NCBI GenBank assembly: GCA_012295275.1
Contig: CM022670.1
Span: forward strand, 24,614,001 to 24,678,000
Length of the DNA stretch: 64,000 nucleotides
DNA from: Chrysomallon squamiferum
Taxonomy: Eukaryota > Animalia > Mollusca
Direction: 5' to 3'
In this document: positions 59,124-64,000 of the stretch, piece after piece
Layout: each line of letters starts with the position of its first letter
How positions within the stretch are numbered: position 1 is the first letter of the stretch
Notes under the pieces: generated by a model
Told to the model about the DNA's origin: nothing
The model's database searches: none
The model's input: the letters and a program-made list of their open reading frames with translations, nothing else
Program-made: the position numbers and the translations under genes

Positions 59124-61257
59124 ACAAACAAACAAACAAACCAACAAACGAGCAAACAAACAAACCAACCTACGAATGGAACACTTATTACAGGATATTT
59201 TACGAAAGTTATTTCTAGATACACTATCAAAAATACACCGCTATTTTATTGACGTCCACAACTGGTATTCTGTTTTCACTATACTAACATAAATATAAGT
59301 ACCTACATCTAAAGTTCTTTTAACATTCATCCTTTCTTTTTACTTTTTTTCTTTTTTTTTCTTTCAGATCGTATCGTGATTCATTTTCCAGTTGGTTCGT
59401 TCAGTGGAATTTTTACAGTTCAACAACAGAATAATCAAACATAATGACAGAACCATGTTGTCGTATGTTCTTCACACGTGGGACAACATGCTGAACAAAT
59501 TTCCCATTAAATTTCCTTTGTTAAATATTCAAAATAAGGATTTCACTTCTGTAGCGAACATGCGCTTTTTAAATGTAACATAATTGTGAAATAAAAATTG
59601 ATTAACACACAAACATACACCTTGGCATAAAGTATATAAACACAAATTTTATTATTATTATTATTAGTAGTAGTAGTAGTATTATTACTGTTATTATTAT
59701 TTTGCAATATAAGCCTGTAAAATACATAAAAGATCTTCTTTCTCTTTCTTTTTTAGCCTTCATTCATTCATGTATTCTTTTTATCTTATACTAACTAGTA
59801 GGCTTATAGTAATAGTAATTGAAATATATTTTTTTTCATTCTTTTTATAAAAACGTTTTCGTCACCAGAGAAATTACATCTTTTCTTTCGTTTCGAATAG
59901 ATTTTCTATAAATATACTTCTCGCACCAACGCATCTAGTAGTGTATCTGGTACATGTGTACCGAATTATTGTTAGATTCCCTTGACTATGAAATGCCTGC
60001 CTCGGTTTACATCACGGATGCGTCTTCTCAATATGACGCCAATGCAGTTGACGACGTAGTTGAAGTTCCTGTTCAGAAAATATTAAAATTTATTATTTTT
60101 GTTGAGATTACAGCTATTTTAAGTTTTCAGAAATAGTCTTATATTTTTGGTTTTCAAAGTTTTCTGAAATGCAGACCCAATCATCCCTTATCCGAAATTC
60201 AGAAATCGAAAAGTTCAGAAATCCCTTTTTCTCTTCCAAGAAGCCTTTGGGGTATGTAGTTGTGTCTGCATGGGTGTTTGTGTGTGTGTAAATGAATTAG
60301 TGTGTGTTCATATTTATGCGGTCTACGTTGTCAGTAGTATTTTAATTACACCTACAAATATACACACATACACACAACTATATACAGTATTATGCTTATA
60401 CATACATACACACATACGCTAACAAAAAACAAGCATGAAAAGAGATACATCATATGAAAGAAAAGCAGAAAAAACAAGCAAGCAACCAAACAACCAACTA
60501 ACCAAGCAACCAAACAACCAAACAACCAAACAAACAACCAAACAAACAAACAAATAAATAAATAGTCCTATACAACCTAGACGTCTCTAACAAAATCATG
60601 ACTAATATCATCTACAGATGTTTTGACTTTTCCAGGTGAGTGAGTCTTTTTTTTCCTGTGAAAACAGTTCTATATTCAATCAGCCTGCAGCCCAGAAAAG
60701 TAAAAATACAAGTCCTACATGTTTTGTTGGGGAATATATACTAATAATAGCCCCATCTCTTCTTTTCTTTTTTTTTAATTTTTTATATTTATTTTCGTGA
60801 TTCAGTGATTTATTCAACCGTTACAACATTTAAATTGTTATAGTCGTGTTTTCACTTGAACTGTTTCACTAACTTCAAGCAAGATAATAAGTTTCACTAA
60901 ATAGAATTTTGTTTGGGTGGTACGCCCCGTTACAAAGCTTTTGAAAACAAATTCTGAAATAGGATTGTAACATTCCTTCAGTGTGCTCAGATGACGGCCT
61001 TTGTGTGAGTTCATTTGATCGATTCACTGCAGCGGAAAGAGATGGAGTGTTACTTTCCAATTATATTATTTTTAATTTATCTTCTTTTTTTTGTTTGTTT
61101 TCTTTTTTTTCTTTAATTAGAGTTATATTAATTTAGATGTTTTTGTGAATGGATGGAAAGATGATAGATGATTAATAATGACAACAACGACAGATATCTA
61201 ATATCCACCTCCCAAAAGCTAACATTTTAATTTCCTTAAACAGCAACAAAAAAAAAA

Positions 61258-61288
<31 letters not shown>

Positions 61289-61343
61289 AAAAAAAAGAAA
61301 AAAAAAAGAAGAAGAAGAATAAAAAAAGAAAGAAAAGAAAACG

Positions 61344-61377
<34 letters not shown>

Positions 61378-62121
61378 TATCCGCAGTTTCTTTTTATATT
61401 GAGGTGGGACCTTTAATTTCGTTCACCTTCAACATATTCGTTTAAGCGTCAGATAATTACGTCGTTACACGAGAAAACTGCTCTCCGTGAGTTATCACGG
61501 CAAGACAGTATCGCCCGTCCGCGATCTTTACAGCGTACTGATGGCGAACCACGATAGACGACGTCCCCCCCTCCTCCTACACACGTTCTCTTTGATCCTT
61601 GGGGTGGACATTTCAATTTCGGACATCTAAGGGGAATAAATTTAGCACCGAAAAAGATAAAGTAACGGAAAGACGAGCCTGATAATACGTAGGTGCGGTT
61701 CTGGAACAAAGGCTTCGACGTGGGGTTGCATTGTATTGTGTGTCGCTTTGCCGTTGTGGTTGGTTTCACGCAGGGGAGGACGTCCGACTGGCCGTGCCGT
61801 TGAAGCCAAATGTCTCGATTCGGTTGTCTCGTGGTCTGTCAGTCGATTAAGCAGAGTGTATGTGAAATATCTTGCGTGGTCACGCACGTCCTACACGTGG
61901 TCTAACATGCAATTTATTGCTTCGCTGCATACTTCAGTTGTTTTTTGTTGTTTTTGTCAAGACAGTTTGTTTCGTTCGTGTTGATCTTTGTGAATGTCAT
62001 TAAAAGTTGCTGTCATCTTGTTACTGATGATGTTGTTCTAATATTAAAATCACTCTTATACTGTTACCAGAATTCTTTAGTTATGTTAATTTTAATAGTT
62101 ATTGGATGGGAAAGTTTAATG

Positions 62122-62226
<105 letters not shown>

Positions 62227-63464
62227 ATGTGTATGTGTCTATAATTGTCTCTGTTCGTATTTTTCGCACATACGTTCGTACATAATACATACACACATTT
62301 ATACAGTTATTTACAATACTAAATAATTACACGTGTTATATAAATATAATCTAGCAATTTCAGAATTACTGAGCAATTACTGTTATCATCCATTATTACC
62401 AATATGATAATGGAATGGCAAAGTTCATTCGTTTTTGTCAAAAAAAAAATAAAACTTTCTAAAACGGACCACACATACATTTATATATATATTTTTATAT
62501 ATATATGTATATAAACAGATAGATAGATAACAATTTGTAATGGCTTTTCCCCCCCTTTTTTTCTTTTTCTTCATTGTTAAATCTCTAGATTCAGTGATGC
62601 AGTTATTTCTTCAGTCAGTACTAAAAAGCATAATTACAATAAGTCCATTTCTTTTGTGTGGTGTCGGTGTCAATCACTGACGTCTACTGTCGAGATTGAA
62701 TCAGACGATTTTTTTTTATTTACTAGACCATCATTTACTTAACCAAATGTTACTGTATTTTCTCTAGATCTTTTTTTTTTTTTTTCTAGAACTACCGTAC
62801 TTAACCAAGTATAACTGTATATCTGTCCTAATATTAAAACCGATTAGGGTTTTCTTTTTTTTTTTTTTTTTTTTTTTTTTTTCTTCTCGTCTCTCTCAAA
62901 CCGTGAGATTCATACGTCTACAGCCACTGAAACCTGTCAACTGAAGCCAAATCTCTGACAGAACTGGACAGCCGTGTTTTTTTTTTTTTTTTTTTTAACA
63001 ACAGTGCCCCAGAGAGGGATGTTTCGAATTTTATTGTGTTGTACGCGAAAGATAATCCTTTTCACCTTGTCTTTAAATTGTACAAAGTATTTATATATAT
63101 ATTTTTTTTCTCTCCTTTCAAAGCAATGTTCTCATAAGCCGGATAAGTTTAAAATTAAAAATACGAATCCGATATACTTACATTTTAAAGAGACATAAAT
63201 ATCCATTTTCGCTTCGGTGGTTTGTTTCTTTCGTAAATTAAAGAAGACAAGTGGTAAATTTTATTGTTTGGAACAGTAGTGAATTACGGCTGGTGAAACG
63301 GTGGATGCTATCATTCTAAGCATCTTACAGTTTATTGGTTTTCAAGTCGAGATTCTCGAACTATATCGACGTCCACGTGTGATGAATATTTTTTAGTACT
63401 GGTTATATATATGTATATGTTACAGGTCTACATTACATACCAGAAAATCATATTGACGTTTATT

Positions 63465-63496
<32 letters not shown>

Positions 63497-63930
63497 TGTG
63501 TATCTTTTTAATGTTTAACATAAGAAGAAATAACAAGAAAGGACAAAATCTTTTTCCCCAACAATTTTTTTCATTAATTCAGTCCAAGTGAAGGTCACAC
63601 TTTTCTAAATTCCAGTACATCAGTATTTGCCACAGACCAGTTTTCATTGGTCAAGAAGTCTGGCAGCAGGCATCAGTGCAATGCATTGAAGAAACGGCAA
63701 CTATAACAAGAATTCGAGAAAGTCATCTTCATTTCACCCACTCACCTTATACAAAACTGTGTTTGTGTTTTGTTTTTTCTCATGTTCAGCCTTTCATGAT
63801 TTTATTACGTATGTTTATAACTCGGCTTTTGTAGTCTATATACTGTAATTTTCTTCCTCTTCTTCCTTCAGGTCTGTTTTATATTTTATAATAACAATAT
63901 ATTTTGCAATTACTAGTACTAATTTTCACA

Positions 63931-63986
<56 letters not shown>

Positions 63987-64000
63987 CTCATTTATATACG

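Noticed and set aside
59954-60136. 60-aa acidic-looking ORF
   Set aside because: Isolated, with no partner exons, and it runs into AT-rich sequence resembling a transposon end; cannot be supported as a gene.

Overview
AT-rich, microsatellite-rich eukaryotic genomic DNA from an invertebrate animal (probably a mollusc or other lophotrochozoan; this is inference). Genes are intron-split, so most ORF-track entries are spurious. (1) 1-20 kb, + strand: a tandem array of small four-transmembrane TMEM272-like genes. Copies A, B and E are intact, copy C has a 1-bp frameshift that may be an assembly artefact, and D is an orphan terminal exon. The array carries Gypsy, Mutator/FLYWCH, Tigger/pogo and mariner relics. 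(2) 23.2-27.1 kb, - strand: a six-exon full-length TMEM272-like gene (258 aa) facing the array, with four N-terminal PPxY motifs that every array copy lacks. (3) 31.5-40.1 kb, - strand: a five-exon ovo/shavenbaby (OVOL) C2H2 zinc-finger gene (800 aa). Its SNAG-domain first exon is missed by the ORF track, and a SNAG-less alternative 5' exon is possible. (4) 40-64 kb: an apparently gene-free region upstream of ovo with GC-richer islands and simple repeats. The best candidate for an undescribed system is the pairing of one PPxY-bearing tetraspan gene with a diversifying array of tail-less paralogs. All exon structures were derived by hand from splice signals and reading frame, with no transcript evidence.
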